Shown here: positions 28,960-43,993 of the stretch, in pieces
How the letters are laid out: the number at the start of each line of letters is the position of its first letter
How positions within the stretch are numbered: the stretch's first letter is position 1
NCBI RefSeq assembly: GCF_006345805.1
Contig: NC_043003.1
Coordinates: 74,958,001-75,022,000 of the forward strand
Origin: Octopus sinensis
Lineage: Eukaryota
DNA length: 64,000 nucleotides
Direction: 5' to 3'
Position numbers and translations under genes: made by a program
Notes under the pieces: generated by a model
Told to the model about the DNA's origin: nothing
Seen by the model: only the letters and a program-made list of their open reading frames with translations
Database searches by the model: none

Positions 28960-29486
28960 AGCGGTAGCATGCTACAACCATCACTAAAGTAAACGCCGAA
29001 CTCCTGTAGCAGGTGTTCGCGAAAGCCAGAGAATTCAATGAGGAGGATTGCACTCGAACTTTGCATTAACAAAACTTTGATTCAGCGGATGCTTCGGAGA
29101 GTGATAAAGCTCTCGCCATACCGACTTCATGTTGTTCAAATGCTTCAACTAGATGATTTTGATGCTCGTGTGGAAATGTGTGTAGCACTCCTCCACTATT
29201 ACCAAAACGACTTGGAAAACTTATGGCTCAGCGATGAGCCTATGTTTCATTTCTCTGGTCGGATATACCGACATAATTGTCGAATTTCGGGAGAATCAAA
29301 GCCAGCTGAATTAACGAACATGAACGAAACTCTACAAAGGTGGTGGTATGGGGAAGGGAATGATACACTTACAAAAACATCAAAGTCTAAGGTGTCAAAT
29401 GCTGATGGACTCACGGCTCTCGGAATGATACCTGAAACGAAATAGAAAAATAAGAAAGAGTATAGTAACTTTTGGGGACACCCTGT
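28960..29486 (+). mobile_element. Tc1/mariner-superfamily remnant with right TIR
   Basis: LSPYRLHVVQML...WLSDEPMFHFSG.IYRHNCRI; TIR-like TATAGTAACTTTGGGGACACCCTGTA ending 29486. Confidence 0.75.
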
Positions 29487-29611
29487 ATAAATATGTATAT
29501 AATCCAATCCCCACTCCCTCAAAAAAAAAAACGAAAAACAAAGATAAGTAGAAAAAACAACAACACGATGATGTAGGGCATGCGAAATATTAGCAGGCGC
29601 TCAGGTAACGA

Positions 29612-29646
29612 TTTCTACGTTTCGAGGGAAGCTCGTCGTCAGCAAC
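29612..29646 (-). ncRNA. HHR motif in a non-coding repeat (29580-29740)
   Basis: Reverse complement: CTGACGA-C-GAGC[ttc]CCTC-GAAAC-GTA-GAAA; core intact, one stem II mismatch; flanks homologous to 41250-41320. Confidence 0.65.
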
Positions 29647-30739
29647 AGTAGATGGAAGAAATTCCAGGACAAAAGGAAGACGGAAGAAAAAAATCGCCAA
29701 TGATCCACATGTGGTCTCACACAGAAACACACACATACATTATACTTCAACATTACCTTACGATACCTAATAGCTGTAACATGTCGCACCCGTTACTTAC
29801 AAAAATGACATCATCGAAACTGCCAGATCTATTTACAAACTTGGTGATGCTATCAAATATGCATGTGTGTATTTAATGTATTGGAATTTTCTTCGTCATT
29901 TTAATATTTCTTTCAATGTATTTTAGACAAAAAGTTAGGATAGTGCTCTATCCAATTCTATTCTAAGGTGATTAGTCTCATTGTAACACTACGCAGGGTC
30001 TCACAATTAACTTCAAGCTCCATATAATGAAATAAGAGTCCTCTCTGTAGGATTCGCTCAGATCTCTATCCTTGATCTTTTTCTTTCTCAGAACGCCAGG
30101 CTTCGGAATTTTGCTCGTAGCTCGTACATTTCTATTCTCGGAAGGTCAGATTATCTCAAGTTACCTCATTTTCTAAGAGGGAAGACATAAAAGAGTATAG
30201 AGTTACAACAAGTATCTCGTAGAACTCATGACAACTAGTTTAAATATCCTATTTGTACATCAACATTCACTTGAATAAAATAAATCAATAATCAATCAAC
30301 AAATCTGAACGGAGGCAATGCTCTGAGGCAACTAACAGTCATCAGATAAGTTCCTAAACTGTTAGACACTATTTAAATGTATACTAGCATATTTTAATTA
30401 GTCTGTGGAAGCTCTATTTTCTATAACCTCACACACAGTTGAAAACATGTTGTAGAAGATAACATCAGGAATCGTTGTTTAATGTCAAATATAACATTTC
30501 GCAGCCTAATACAAGAGAGATTTAGTTTGCACCAGCTAAAAATTAATCATGATATATATGTGTGTCTGTGTGTGTGAGTTTGTGCGTGTTTGTGCCTGTA
30601 TATATATCTTTATCTATCTATCTATCTCTCTCTCACACACATACATATATAAATATATATACATGTATATATATATATATATATGTGTGTTTGTGTATGT
30701 ATATATATCGTAATCTATATATACATACATATACATATA

Positions 30740-30786
<47 letters not shown>

Positions 30787-31262
30787 CTTATATTGATAGT
30801 TATATATATAGCTACATATATATATATTTGTAAATATATATATATATACATATATATATACACACATCTATACATATATATATATATGCACATACATAAA
30901 CACACGTAAATGTTTTGTTCATATATATATGAATATATATGTGTGTGTGTGTATGTGTATATATATATATATATATACTTGTATGTGTGTACGTTTGTGC
31001 GTATGTGCGCGTGTGTGCGTGTGTGTATGTGTGTGTGTGTGTGCATGTGTTTTTAATCCATGGAACATAATTTCTCTGTGTGATCGGATTGAAATATCGT
31101 TAAGGCACGAAATTTGTCTTAATACGAAATCAAGGGTAGACATAATGATTGAATAAAGAAATTTTATCCACCAATGTGGGGCTGGACATTCATTCTTGTC
31201 TTTCGACGTTTCTGTATGTATGCATGTATAGATGTGTGTGTGTATGAGCGTGTGTGTATGTT

Positions 31263-31299
<37 letters not shown>

Positions 31300-31895
31300 T
31301 TTGTTTATCTTCTTCGTACATTCGCTTTCTTTTACACCAAAACTTGCTCAATGATTGTCCGCACATTACGCAATCATACATATTCATTAATTAGATATAC
31401 ACTTTAATTACTCACCTCCACACTAACGTGTATGTATATATAAATATATGCATATAGCTTTCGTCTCTCTTTGAACTATGCTAAAACTAAACTTTTACGT
31501 TAAAAATAAGCAAAAATATAGGCCTACCTGATAAGCAAAAATATAGGCCTACCTGCAAAAAGAGAACATCCATATTTAGCGGGCGGAGTAAGAAATCGTG
31601 ATGAAGTACTTCTCCATTAACGTTTCTTTGAGTCACGGTAGTGGTATAGATTAACTCCAGTAATTATAGAGATTGCAACATTTAGCATGCTATAATGGAA
31701 GGCAAATTGAATGTTGTTAAATGCCAAAGAATGTGGCAAACATTATTGTAAAATGCATAAAATAAACTGGAAATGTAGTGATTTTCGCTCTGAAGTTTTT
31801 GTTTTTCGATTTTTGTCTTGCGTATCTTGCACCATATAGAGCCGAATTAAACAGTATTATGAACATACTTCATGGAAAATTTAACATGCACGCAC

Positions 31896-32030
31896 CGATA
31901 GAATAAGTACCTGGCTGAAAAAAAACTACGTACCAGAGTCTAGTGGTTCGACTAAAATTCGGTAATCCCATGCACCAGCATGGCCGCAGCCTAATGAATG
32001 ATACAAGTAAAAGATAAAAGATAAAAAGAG
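31896..32030 (+). mobile_element. SINE family B, 3' part
   Basis: CCGATAGAATAAGTACC...CCAGCATGGCCGCAG...AAGTAAAAGATAAAAGA. Confidence 0.75.
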
Positions 32031-32444
32031 AAAGAAACGTATGTCATTTACAGTTGGATTATTTACTTCCCAACAACCACCTGTGCAACTACATTTTTAA
32101 AATCAATATTTAAATGAAACACAGCAACAATTATCACAAATTATTAATCCACGTAGAGATTTCTTCGGAAAGCGTAAACAATTACAAATCTGCGCACGTG
32201 CACTGTATATATAGTAGATACATGTTATATGAAAGAATTAAATAGGTGTATCATAGAGAACTCAAGAGATTTAACAAGACATATTCAAAGAGACTCCTCC
32301 AATGTCTCAACGGTTAACAAATAAATAAACTATGATATAGATTAGATCAGAAACACACCTGCATCGAAGGAACAATAGAAAATTATAGGTTCAAAACCTA
32401 TGGTGCATGAGTTGTATCATCAGATTGAATATTACTCGAACATT

Positions 32445-32686
32445 TCTATATATATAAAACTGAGAATGTGTGTCTGTCTGTGTGTTTCCCTAAAACTTGA
32501 GAACTACACAACCAATTTCATTCAAATTTTACACATGCCTTACTTAGGGTGCGAGAAGTGTCATCGGCAAACCAAATGTTCAACTTCTTGCCTAGGGCGA
32601 GCCCACAGTAATACAATATCTTCTCCACTATTTCAGTATTACGTGTTAAAAGTGAAACAAAAACATCTCTCTATTGTATGTATATG

Positions 32687-32729
<43 letters not shown>

Positions 32730-33925
32730 GAGAAAGAAGCAACAAGAATGGATTAGTTTTTAGTACAATTGTTTCATACAAAGACAGGCTTTATTACAAT
32801 TGCTTCTTTCTCGTTTATAATCACCCCACATTACTATATGGATAACACCATATAGTTTTTCTGGTGCATCTAAGTTAAGTACCACATTCAAGTAAATTCA
32901 TTGGAATTTACTTGAATCTTAATTGCTTTGATTATATATATATATATATATATTACAAAATATAAAGTTATATCTTGAGATCGTTAGTGACAACAACGCT
33001 CAAAATATGTAACAGACAGGAATAGTAGTGCTCAAATGATCTGTATACACTTTTTAATCCGAGGGGAGGCAATGCGAGTAGCAACTACAAGAGCACTACA
33101 AAATCCACAGAAAGATCAAACACATACATATATTCATATTTTCATTTATATCTACAGAACAGATATAAAGCCCGACGTTTAGAAATATAAACTAATATAT
33201 ACACACCATATACAAATATATTGTACGCATAAGATCAACTCGACATTCCATAAGAAATTTAGAAATAAAAATAGCAATAAAAGTTAGAGGTAATAATAAC
33301 AATTGCATTAAATATAGTAAATATAGTAAGTGGTAATTAAAATAAACTAAAGTATGGTAATTAGACCGTAATATAACAATTAAAAGAAAAAATAGCAATT
33401 AGTATAAAATGTAACAAGGACTTGAACTCGAATATGTGACGTTGCATGAATAGGAGAAATTAAGAGATTAAAAATTTAATTGAGTGTAGAAGTGAATTAG
33501 TCCAGATAGAGCTGTGCGCATGCCATTTACTATAGCTGCTAGATTGAATTATATGCTTATAAAGTAGCATTCATTATCTATGAGAATTTTAGGGAGCACG
33601 TAATGTCTGGTCTTTCTCATGTAGCTGGTATGTAATTGTGCATTTGTTTCCGTGCACTATGTGTTGTGTGTAAATAGCATCCTGACGAGGGGAGTGTCAA
33701 TTTTAAATATATGATGTGTTTCATATTAATTGGCGCATCTCCGAAACGTAGATGGACTTTTATGTATTTTTGTAAATTTGTATATTTATCTTCTATGTAT
33801 TTTTCTCTGGAATTTTAATTCGTCTTTTTAATATGTCATTGTATGTTTTATTACCTCAAATTTTTAATTTAACAAATTTATACCAAACTAGCACTATGAC
33901 CCGGCCACGCGGGTCATAATGCTAG
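32445..33925 (+). mobile_element. Non-autonomous Helitron-like element
   Basis: 5' TCTATATATATAAAACTGAG start; 3' hairpin TATGACCCG-gccacg-CGGGTCATA (33895-33918) then CTAG followed by T. That both ends belong to one element is inferred. Confidence 0.6.
33678..33754 (+). ncRNA. Intact minimal type-I hammerhead ribozyme motif
   Basis: Stem I CATC/GATG; core CTGACGA; ~14-bp stem II GGGGAGTGTCAATT/AATTGGCGCATCTCC; GAAAC-GTA with palindromic ACGT; GUA triplet. Confidence 0.85.
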
Positions 33926-34705
33926 TACAATATAAATAATTCCACCGTACATAGAGATATTTCAAGAATTCCATTGATCGTATTTGCTGTGGTTGTTGGT
34001 ACCGTCAACACAGAAATTTTAACCGAGTTGATTACATTTAATGCAAAATATGCAAGTGAATGATGATTCCAACTGCAGAAATCTTTGGGAGGTCTGTGCA
34101 TTAATTAATGAAAATTAGTTATGTGAGAGTGCTACCTGCAGAAATATATGTATTGCAGATTACTTCGGCGATTGTGCAAATAACAATACAAGTCAATTCG
34201 ATGACTGACATATTATGAATGGGGAATATAGACTGAATATTAGCCCCAGTAAGTGTACATTTCCTCAAGTGTGAAGAGGCTTGCGAAAAGAATCGAAAAT
34301 TGTCTCTGTGTTCTTAGTCCTTTCAACAATATGTCAATCATGAGGACATATATTGATTGTAAAACGTTTCTTGTAACAGAAACAAAAACAAATATATATA
34401 TATATATAGTAATCCCTCGCCAAACGTCGATTTACCGCTGTTCACCTATTGTGGTTTATTATTTAAGCTTAGGGCGATTCCTCCGTGGTGTTGTTTGGCA
34501 TTTACAATAAAATAAATATATGCAAATTACAAAAATGATAAAAACAAAACATACTGTACAGAACACTTTCTACTTCGCAGATTTTCACCTAACGCGGGCA
34601 GTTTTCCAACGTAACACACACGATGCTCGAGGAATTACTGTATACAATATCATCTGAAAAAATGCTCTGGTAGAGTATGTGCACACTTAAATGGCAAAGA
34701 AACTT

Positions 34706-34850
34706 GATGATGATGATGATGATGACGACGACGACGACGACGACGATGATGATGATGATGATGATGACGACGATGATGATGATGGTGGTGGTAATGATGA
34801 TGATGATGATCATCATGATCATGATGTTGATGATGATGATGATGATGATC
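34706..34850. repeat. (GAT)n/(GAC)n microsatellite
   Basis: Directly visible. Confidence 0.95.
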
Positions 34851-36289
34851 TTTTAATTTTTTAGTTATACGTAATAATCATTTTTCTTAGCCACAGGAGT
34901 TCCAGGCGTTACCGAAACATACGAAGTGTGGTCAATCCAGGGTTTTCAAAGATAGCTGTGAGTTGTTATAGTTAAGGTATATAAAGAGAAAGGAAGAAAT
35001 GACAGATGTTATACAAAACATTAAAAAATGTGTGTGGAAATAAATAATAAAAAAATACTACATTCTCGTAAACAATAATTAATGACACATGTAATTCAAA
35101 GAAATAAACATGAAAAATCGCTGGTTTCAAGTTTTTATCTGCCTGCAAACGTTCCTAATGTTGTGTTGGATACGGAAAAGGCACTGGTTGATATTTTCGA
35201 GCTGTATGAAGTTGAGAAATATCCACATATCCAACAGTAATTAGAATTATTTAAGTGAGTTGTAGTGTCTTAATTCTTTTACAAACAATATATCTAATGC
35301 ATGCTGCATTTATTCCAAATCGAACTTCATTTGTATAATTATTTCAACGGAATAACCATCACCCCAACACATAAGAGATACTATCTGTTAGCTTTCAGAG
35401 AGATTTTCGAAAAACTTGTGTATCCGTTGTTTGTTCTCTTCCTCATCTTTTCATATCTCTGAGAAGGTGATCCCAGTTTTGTTTTTCTAAAATTGATACA
35501 TTTCGCCATTTTGTTTTTGTTTTATGTTCATTGTTTTTCTTTTTGCATTTTCTTGGTCAAATCTATACTTTGTTGAAAAGAATTATTTTTCTCTTTTGAA
35601 TAAACGATGGTGCTGTGGTGCTCTTACTGGTAAATACTTTTAGAAAATGCGTTGTTTACTTTGCTTGCATTGTATAATTCTGAGCGTAAAGTGATTTCTG
35701 CTGAGATTTTCGTAGTTTTGATTGATGGTTTCTGGAAACTTGCAGCTGCTATATTTTTTGCTGTCTAAAGTAAGCTTCGTTATTTTCATTTCTTATATTC
35801 ATGGTAAGATTTCACAGCTGTTTACAGAAAGAGGCACTGAGCAAGTTGTTTCTCTAGCAAATGTAGCAACGAGTTATTTTGTCCTGTATCATGAATCTCA
35901 TTCGCTTTATCTCTACGTCTCCTTTTATGAACTTTTCTGGTATGGTTTTGCGTCTTTAAGCATCAACAAATCTTTCATATCCGTTTGACTCGCCTTAACC
36001 ACAGATTGCTTATTGTTATTTATGTTTTAATCATACACACAAACCACAGTACAAAACTGACAACTAGTCACCGAATTATATCTACATATATTTGGTCGGT
36101 ATTCTTGTGTTACTTTCTACTAATCTGTAGGACATAAATGCATAGGTATTGTTCAGAAATTCCAGTATATATTTTAACGGAGTGTACATGTTGAATGTGC
36201 AAACGGTATAGCCATATTTTCTTTTCTTCTCGTCTCTTTTCTTTTTTTTTTGTCCCAAACTTTGGCATCGAGAGTTAAACATATACGAG

Positions 36290-36680
36290 AACTGGGCGCC
36301 ACTGCATGGTGCCAAGGACTCCAAATTTGCCATCAAGATGTAGGACAAGATACTACAATAGCATGGGCTTCAAAGGTCCACAGCTTTTCAGTATCCTCAC
36401 GGGAGACCTGAGAGACCTTCAAGTGATGGATGTAGGTGTCTTCAAAATAAAGCTGGACATCTTCCTGTCAAGTGTCCCAGATGAACCAATTTCGTGGCAA
36501 GAGGTACAGATGAGGACAGCTGCACCAAACTCTCTCATGCACCCAATGTCAAATCATAACAAGCATTTGTGAAGTAAAATTATGTAGCAAAACCAAATGG
36601 CATTGCCCCATCAAGGCCACAGCTTGTGAGCTGAAACTAGATAAGATAAAATTAAAAAAATATAAAATGAAATAAAAGAA
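36290..36680 (+). mobile_element. CR1-group LINE 3' end
   Basis: NSMGFKGPQLFSIL..DLRDL....FKIKLDIFLSSVPDEP...R.AAPNSL, then an A-rich tail. Confidence 0.65.
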
Positions 36681-39600
36681 AAAAATTCGGAGAGGTCCGC
36701 TAATTTTTGTGAATTTAAATTCTCTGCAATTCCATCTTTTCTAATGCACAAAAGTTATTTTTTCTACTATTTCTTGGTTTAGATTGGCAGCTAAGGAACG
36801 TTATTTAGTTTTATGACATTCACTCATATATATGTTTGAGAGGTAACATGTAAAAAACGTGTGCCTGTGTTTTTTTTTTGTCTAGCTTTAACACATCTAC
36901 TATTTTAGCGATTTCGGTATGATGTCGTTCCTTCTGTTGCTACAGCTGGCGATGTTGTTCTGAGTGTTTTTGCTGTTGTCGTTGCTGCCGCTGCTATGAT
37001 GGTTCCCTTCAGAACTATCTGCTATACTGCTTGCAATACATTTATTAACTATTCCCTCATATGACATTATGACATACTATAATCTTCTTTCCTTTTTTTA
37101 ACTCTTTAGATATGCAAGTTCTGTGATTATTTTTTTTAATTTTAAAATGTCCTTCATATTAATATATGCGAAAATGTCCATAAAAACAAAATATCTCTTT
37201 CCATTTTTTCTTGCCTACTACAAGCTATCAATAGTAAGTTCTCAGATAATTCCAATATTGTTTATTCACAAGATCCGAACGACAATTTCATTTGGTAATG
37301 TAATAAATACGGTGTGTCTTCGAATCGAATTACACACACTGTTATACTGTTCAAAAGACAACATTGAACACCACCACTACCACTACCACCACTTGGAATG
37401 ACGTGAAATAGTGTCATTTCGGATACGTCTCTATACATATAGAAATTGCACCTGAATATACACATTATTAGCATACGAAATAATAAGAAAATTAATTGAA
37501 ACTGTAAGGTTGTTTAAATAAAGTGCACACACAGAGGTAACTAGTGCACTTAGTTTTTATATGGAAAAAGGTATCATTAAGGACACATCTTAAACAAATC
37601 TTTGAGAAAACAACTTCAGATACATATGTACATTTTGGAAACATTTATTGCTGGGATAAACCAATTAATGTGTGCAGCAGCTGCAGTTGTCGCAAAGCTC
37701 GTACTAAAGAGCAACGAAATATGTTTTGGACTTTCATTCCTTCCTCATTATCTCTGTTGTCTATAAATTCAAGATATTTAGCTATAACGTTGTTGGCTTC
37801 TACATGAAGAATCATTTCCACACGTTGAAATACACTTATTACTGAAGAAGAACAGAATACATGATGCCAATACCATTTCTAAAGAAAATAGAAAAGCAAA
37901 TTTATGAAACTGAATAAATACTGGCATCATTAAAAAAAATGAGAAGATTACAAATGTACAACAATTTAGAAATATACAGTAAGATAACGGAAATAATTGC
38001 TATCGTACTAAAAACCGTTTGGAAAGACATAACGTTAAAAGGAAATAAACTAACATCCTACAGTATAGATGAAATATTGCATAAACAGCTAGTTAAGGAG
38101 AAACAGTATTTACATTACAAGTAAAGTAACGAAAAACACAAAGCAACCAGCTCAAAACATGTGTATGTAAAGTGAAGCGCATTGCAGTTGTTTGTAAGAG
38201 GACAGAAACAAGGTTTTCAAATAGAAAAAAAAAAGCTCCACTAAACACATTGTATGATATCAAATATATCGCATATATAAACGTCAAGAGAGATACGAAC
38301 ATATCTATGGCTGCTCTCTCTCTCTCTATAGATATTTTTTATGTGCTTGCTAGCTACGTTCATATACGCACGCGCGCGCAGACATACACGCACACGCACG
38401 CACACTCACATCCATAAGTGTGGATGTGCGTGTGTGTGTTCAGACAGAGGAAGAGGCAAGGAGAAGGAAAAGGTGCATATGTGTGTATGTGTGTGTGTGC
38501 GTGTGTGTCTGTGTCTGTGTGTGTCTGTGCGTGCGTGCACATAATCAAACAATATATATATAGAACAAAAATCCTCATAGTCGCAGCAAAATTTTTATCT
38601 GGAAAGATTGAGACAAAATGATTCTTCTTCTTCAGAATAAAATTACTTGATATCCAAACAATTACAAACCCTTTTCGCTTTATATATAATTACTCGATCT
38701 AAAAGAGACTTCTTACTATTTTGCAAAGATATGTTTGGAATTACAAGTAGGCAAGGCGGATAGTAGAAGTTTTCTTTGTCGGGAATTACTCTACCCACTC
38801 AATGCCATTTATACCATACATGTAGATAACAATCATATGCAGAATAGCTACTATGCTACCATAATAGTCCTGAACGCCAGCCATAAGTACTACATTTCTT
38901 TGATGCTACACTTTCCCCAACAAAAGTAAGTATTCAGATTAATTTTCAGACAATACCTAACATGTGGTATGGCGTGTAATATCGACCTGAATCCTAGATC
39001 TCTCAATAGCGAGATAAAATGTACTACAAAGTTAAACACACCAACAAACCACCTCCAGAAGAAAAGCTACTTATTAAAACTGAATGACTGAATTAGTTGT
39101 AGATATTTCGTCACTGCATCAAATTTCAGTACTCAATGACATTGACTGTTCGATATGTAGGAACAATATCTAAAACCCTAAAAGCTTAAGCATCATACTA
39201 AATTTCCAAAAATTTTACATCCTAAAATTCTGTAACTTTTCTTTCTTCAAGACAAATTTAAAGACCACATTCAATGTTCATAACGTTGTGATACATAATT
39301 CTGACAGTAATGGATCGACTAATCGACTAATCACGTAACATTTCAAGGTCTTCAAATAACGTAGATACAGATCACTTATTAAAGACACAATCAAAATGTT
39401 CTACCATTGCTCGGCGAGTGTTTTGAAACCTGCCATCATATTATCTAATTTGGCTTTATCTTAACTAAATTCAGCACACATCTATCGCTACAGTATCTAC
39501 ATCGTATTGAATGAATCGCCATCATACGAACTTTGTTTTTGAGAGTCTATCTTTAACTAGTTATAGCAGTTCCATATTACCAGATGCTAATCAAGGATAG

Positions 39601-40234
39601 TGACTGTTTCCTGAAAGATACACTTTATTAGCTTATGATGTTCAGCAAAAAATTTGGCAACGTATTTAGACCAGCTTAATAATAATAGCACTATTGCACA
39701 TTGGACGGTAAATCACAAAGAAATATTATGATCTCACTTCAGCCATAAAAAGAGAAGGGCGTTATTCTAATTCATGTCGGTAACAGAGAATGCAAATTTC
39801 AGAATGAATATCGATATTCATTCCCAAGATTACAGCATACTGAAGCTTATTTTTCAAGGTGAATGCATTGTTGAATTAAAAACTAAAGAGATTTTATCGA
39901 GAACAAGAGATATAATTCTCTAGACCACAAGGATCGTGTAAAACAATATAATACAGAATTAGTGCTTGTAAACTTTTTAAACAAAATTTAATGATTCTGT
40001 GAATAGTGTGAATATTGCATGTAAGAGGAGCAATGCACAAGTCGTAAGAGTGCGTGAAATAATAAAACATCAAAGGAGGTATTGAATATAAAATCTCGAG
40101 TTTATAATGCTAGTCATGCATGTACGAATTTACATATAGATACCCCGCTCAACAAACAAATCTGTATAGATATCTGCATATGTATTATCTAAGTATAATT
40201 CTAAATAAATATATGGTTCTGTGAATAATCCTGT

Positions 40235-40284
40235 GTGCATGTCTCTACCGTCATTTATCTATCTATCTATCTATCTATCTATCA

Positions 40285-40375
<91 letters not shown>

Positions 40376-40392
40376 AATCTATCTATCTATAC
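40235..40392. repeat. (TCTA)n tetranucleotide array
   Basis: Directly visible. Confidence 0.97.
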
Positions 40393-40479
40393 ACACACAT
40401 ATACACACATACGAAGGAGTACCAGATTCGGGTCCCTTTGTGATAGAGAGTATACATTTTACTTTTAAAAGAAATTCTA

Positions 40480-40960
40480 GATGATGCCATAGAGCAAGGT
40501 GACGGCTTTGACATGAAGAGCTATCTGTTGAAGTGGAACTCAGCAGTGGCAGTCCAGAGCTGATTCTCTTTCTCCTGTTGCATACTTCAAATGTGCTTCT
40601 CAACCTTATCAGAACTTATGCTCCGACCTCTATTCGATACAAAACGACAAGGATTAGTTTTGCTTTCTACTCCTGAGCAAATACAGGCGACTCAGAAGGA
40701 ACATTAGCTAGTGATATTTGGTGACTTTAACTTAAGAGTGAGAGCTGATCACACTACCTAAACAGCACGGAGACGGCAACATAAATGAAATTGTACAAAA
40801 GCCGCTTGCCCTGGACACTGTGCAGCGGCTAGATTTGATCCTCAAATGAAGCAACTATAAGAGGAAAGTTCACCTGACTCGTTCCTTCCAGTTCACTCAC
40901 TGGTTTCCTACAATCTTAAACTCCAGCTAAAATGCTGGTGTGTGCCAATCCTCCTGGCTA
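40480..40960 (+). mobile_element. RTE-like LINE APE endonuclease remnant
   Basis: YAPTS (tatgctccgacctct, ~40617) and IFGDFNLRVRADHTT (~40715-40760). Confidence 0.7.
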
Positions 40961-41173
40961 GCAGCGTGTCATTGCTATTGCAACGTAGCAGTAAGCTAAG
41001 GTAGATACATTTCTCAAGTCAGTGGAAGACCCCTCCCCACTCGGAGGGTAATGTTCAACAGAGATGATAGTCTCTAAGAAGGCACCATCCCAGTCACTGG
41101 ATTGAGGGCATGTTGAACATTACTTTTACACATATGTGTGTGTATACATACACATACACACACACGCACGTAT

Positions 41174-41230
<57 letters not shown>

Positions 41231-41290
41231 CACATGAATTTATGTAACCTCATGTGTATCGTCGGAGATTTTTCCCTCCGTCTTCTCTTA

Positions 41291-41323
41291 TTTCTGACGA
41301 AGAGCTTTGCACGGAATGTAAAA
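41291..41323 (+). ncRNA. Decayed HHR motif in a (CA)n-containing repeat (41080-41450)
   Basis: TTT-CTGACGA-A-GAGC[ttt]GCAC-GGAAT-GTA-AAA; same family as 29612. Confidence 0.55.
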
Positions 41324-41959
41324 CCACCTTTCTTTATTCCTTTGAGTGTCTGCAAATACTTTGCATGTACTACGTCCTCGTGTTGTTGTATTTGCCTTGT
41401 ATTTGTTCTTTGTTTTTTATTTACTAATTTATATATATGTATATATCTTTAGAGAGTGAGAGTGAGAGAGATTAAGATAGAGAAAGTTAAAGAGAGAGAG
41501 TGTGTGAATGGGAGAGGGGAGGAGATGAAAACATCAAGAGTGAAGGAGTACGGTTGGTCATTTATTTTTCAATCATTGCAATCGTTTCTATGCAACGTAG
41601 TTCTCCAGGCGTGCAGGTAATTGATTAAGCAAAAGTTTTCCTCACGTCTGGAGAACTACGTTGCATATAAACAATTGTGGTGTTTGAAAAATAAATACCA
41701 CTCTCTTGTTGACTCCAAAGTTGTTCATTTATCTGTTCACGCACGACAGATGTCCAAATGCAAGTCTAGAAGTACGTCACATTCATTGACATCACTAAGG
41801 CTTTGACCTAGTTAGTAGGGACGGCCTGTTCAAAATATTTCCCAAGATTGGCTATGCTCCCAAATTTTCTCAGAAGTACTACTAGATAGCATAGAATGGA
41901 ATCTGAAGGTAGACTAGCTTTATACTCTACGCTGTTGCGTTCTTAACAGAATATACCAT

Positions 41960-42550
<591 letters not shown>

Positions 42551-43734
42551 CTGAAGTGCTGCTTTGAATTATAATTAGCATGTTTCGTTGGAGTGCAAAG
42601 TAATTTTATTGAGATCTACAACTAATTCTGTTATTCTGAAATTTGTACCAAGAGAAAAAATAACGCGGAGTTCATTATCGTCTCAAGTATATGGCTTTAT
42701 ATTTCGTACGCAGTGTAATTTGTGAAAATATAGGAAAGTAAATAATAGATCGTAAACAGACGCATACAATATAACAAAGAAATTTCGAAGTAAAAAACCA
42801 AAAAAAAACCAAAACAAAACAAATGCATTAACGCTGTATTGATTCCCTACATTGTTACATTTCGTAATTGGGAAACCGAGACGGCCTTCATAAAACTCTA
42901 AAACTAACTGGAAGAAATAATTACAATGACCTGAAAGAATCGTCTTTCTCTGAATGGATTTCTTTCTACCAATTACGTAAATGCTTAACACATTGGTTCA
43001 GAGAAAGGCATATATAAATATTTTCTCTCTGTCTGGCAAACAAGAAATACATTAGGTTAATTTCTATAGGTGTTTACACAGCGTAGCAGATACTCGCAAG
43101 AATGCTAACGCGTGAATGTCTTCCCAACACACATATACACATTGTATATATACCAATTAGTGGTGAATTTCTTAAAATCAGCAACTCTTTTGAATGCCTT
43201 GTATTATTTCCTCTGTCTTCGAATTGAGTGCATATTCCGTTGTAGTACTGTGGTGGAGCTTGTTTTTAATTTATATCGGATGTTAAGAAAGCGGAAGACG
43301 TGCAGAATTCTTAATTTTCACCATGAAACTTCCTAAAACATATGCAGATACGTGGTACATTACCATCAACCATATGTCTAGACGTATATTCATGCATACG
43401 TATATGCATATAACTATGCTTGTACATTTTAGCTCAGACCGTAAGAAAATACAGTAGCCAAGATACAATCATGTTAATATTACACATCTCTCAGCCGTCG
43501 CTTTGAGATCATGGCTTGTATCCGCGCAACTGATGTTGTGGGAAGGAACGTACCAAAATAATTGAATTAAAGGGAAATACTGAATAAATAAGTTTGAATG
43601 CATGAGAGTTTAGAAAATTACTAACGAAAAATCTGCTGAATTGATGCTTCCTACAATCCAATTCCATTAACACATTTTACAGGACATGTCAAAAAAATAA
43701 TAGAACACATGGTTAACTACTCTATTTACTGGTT

Positions 43735-43800
43735 TTGGAGTCCAACCCCGGGCCTACGCTAGCTAACACATTTCTACTTTACTACCCGGAAAATCGACAT
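43735..43800 (+). mobile_element. Tiny PLE RT fragment
   Basis: SNPGPTLANTFLLYYPE resembles the PLE RT motif MGSPLGPTLANIFL.Y.E. Confidence 0.45.
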
Positions 43801-43993
43801 TTCTTTCTGTGTCAATCTATCTATCTAGCAATCTCTCTCTCTATATATATATCATTCACTCTCTCTCTCTCTTTCCGCCTCCCTCCCCTATATATATGTG
43901 TATGTGCGTGTGTGTGTGTGTGTACAAAGGAAGATCCAGAAAGTGGAGGAGTAGAGTTAATATAATTTATTAGCTGCAAAGAATCAACATGTT

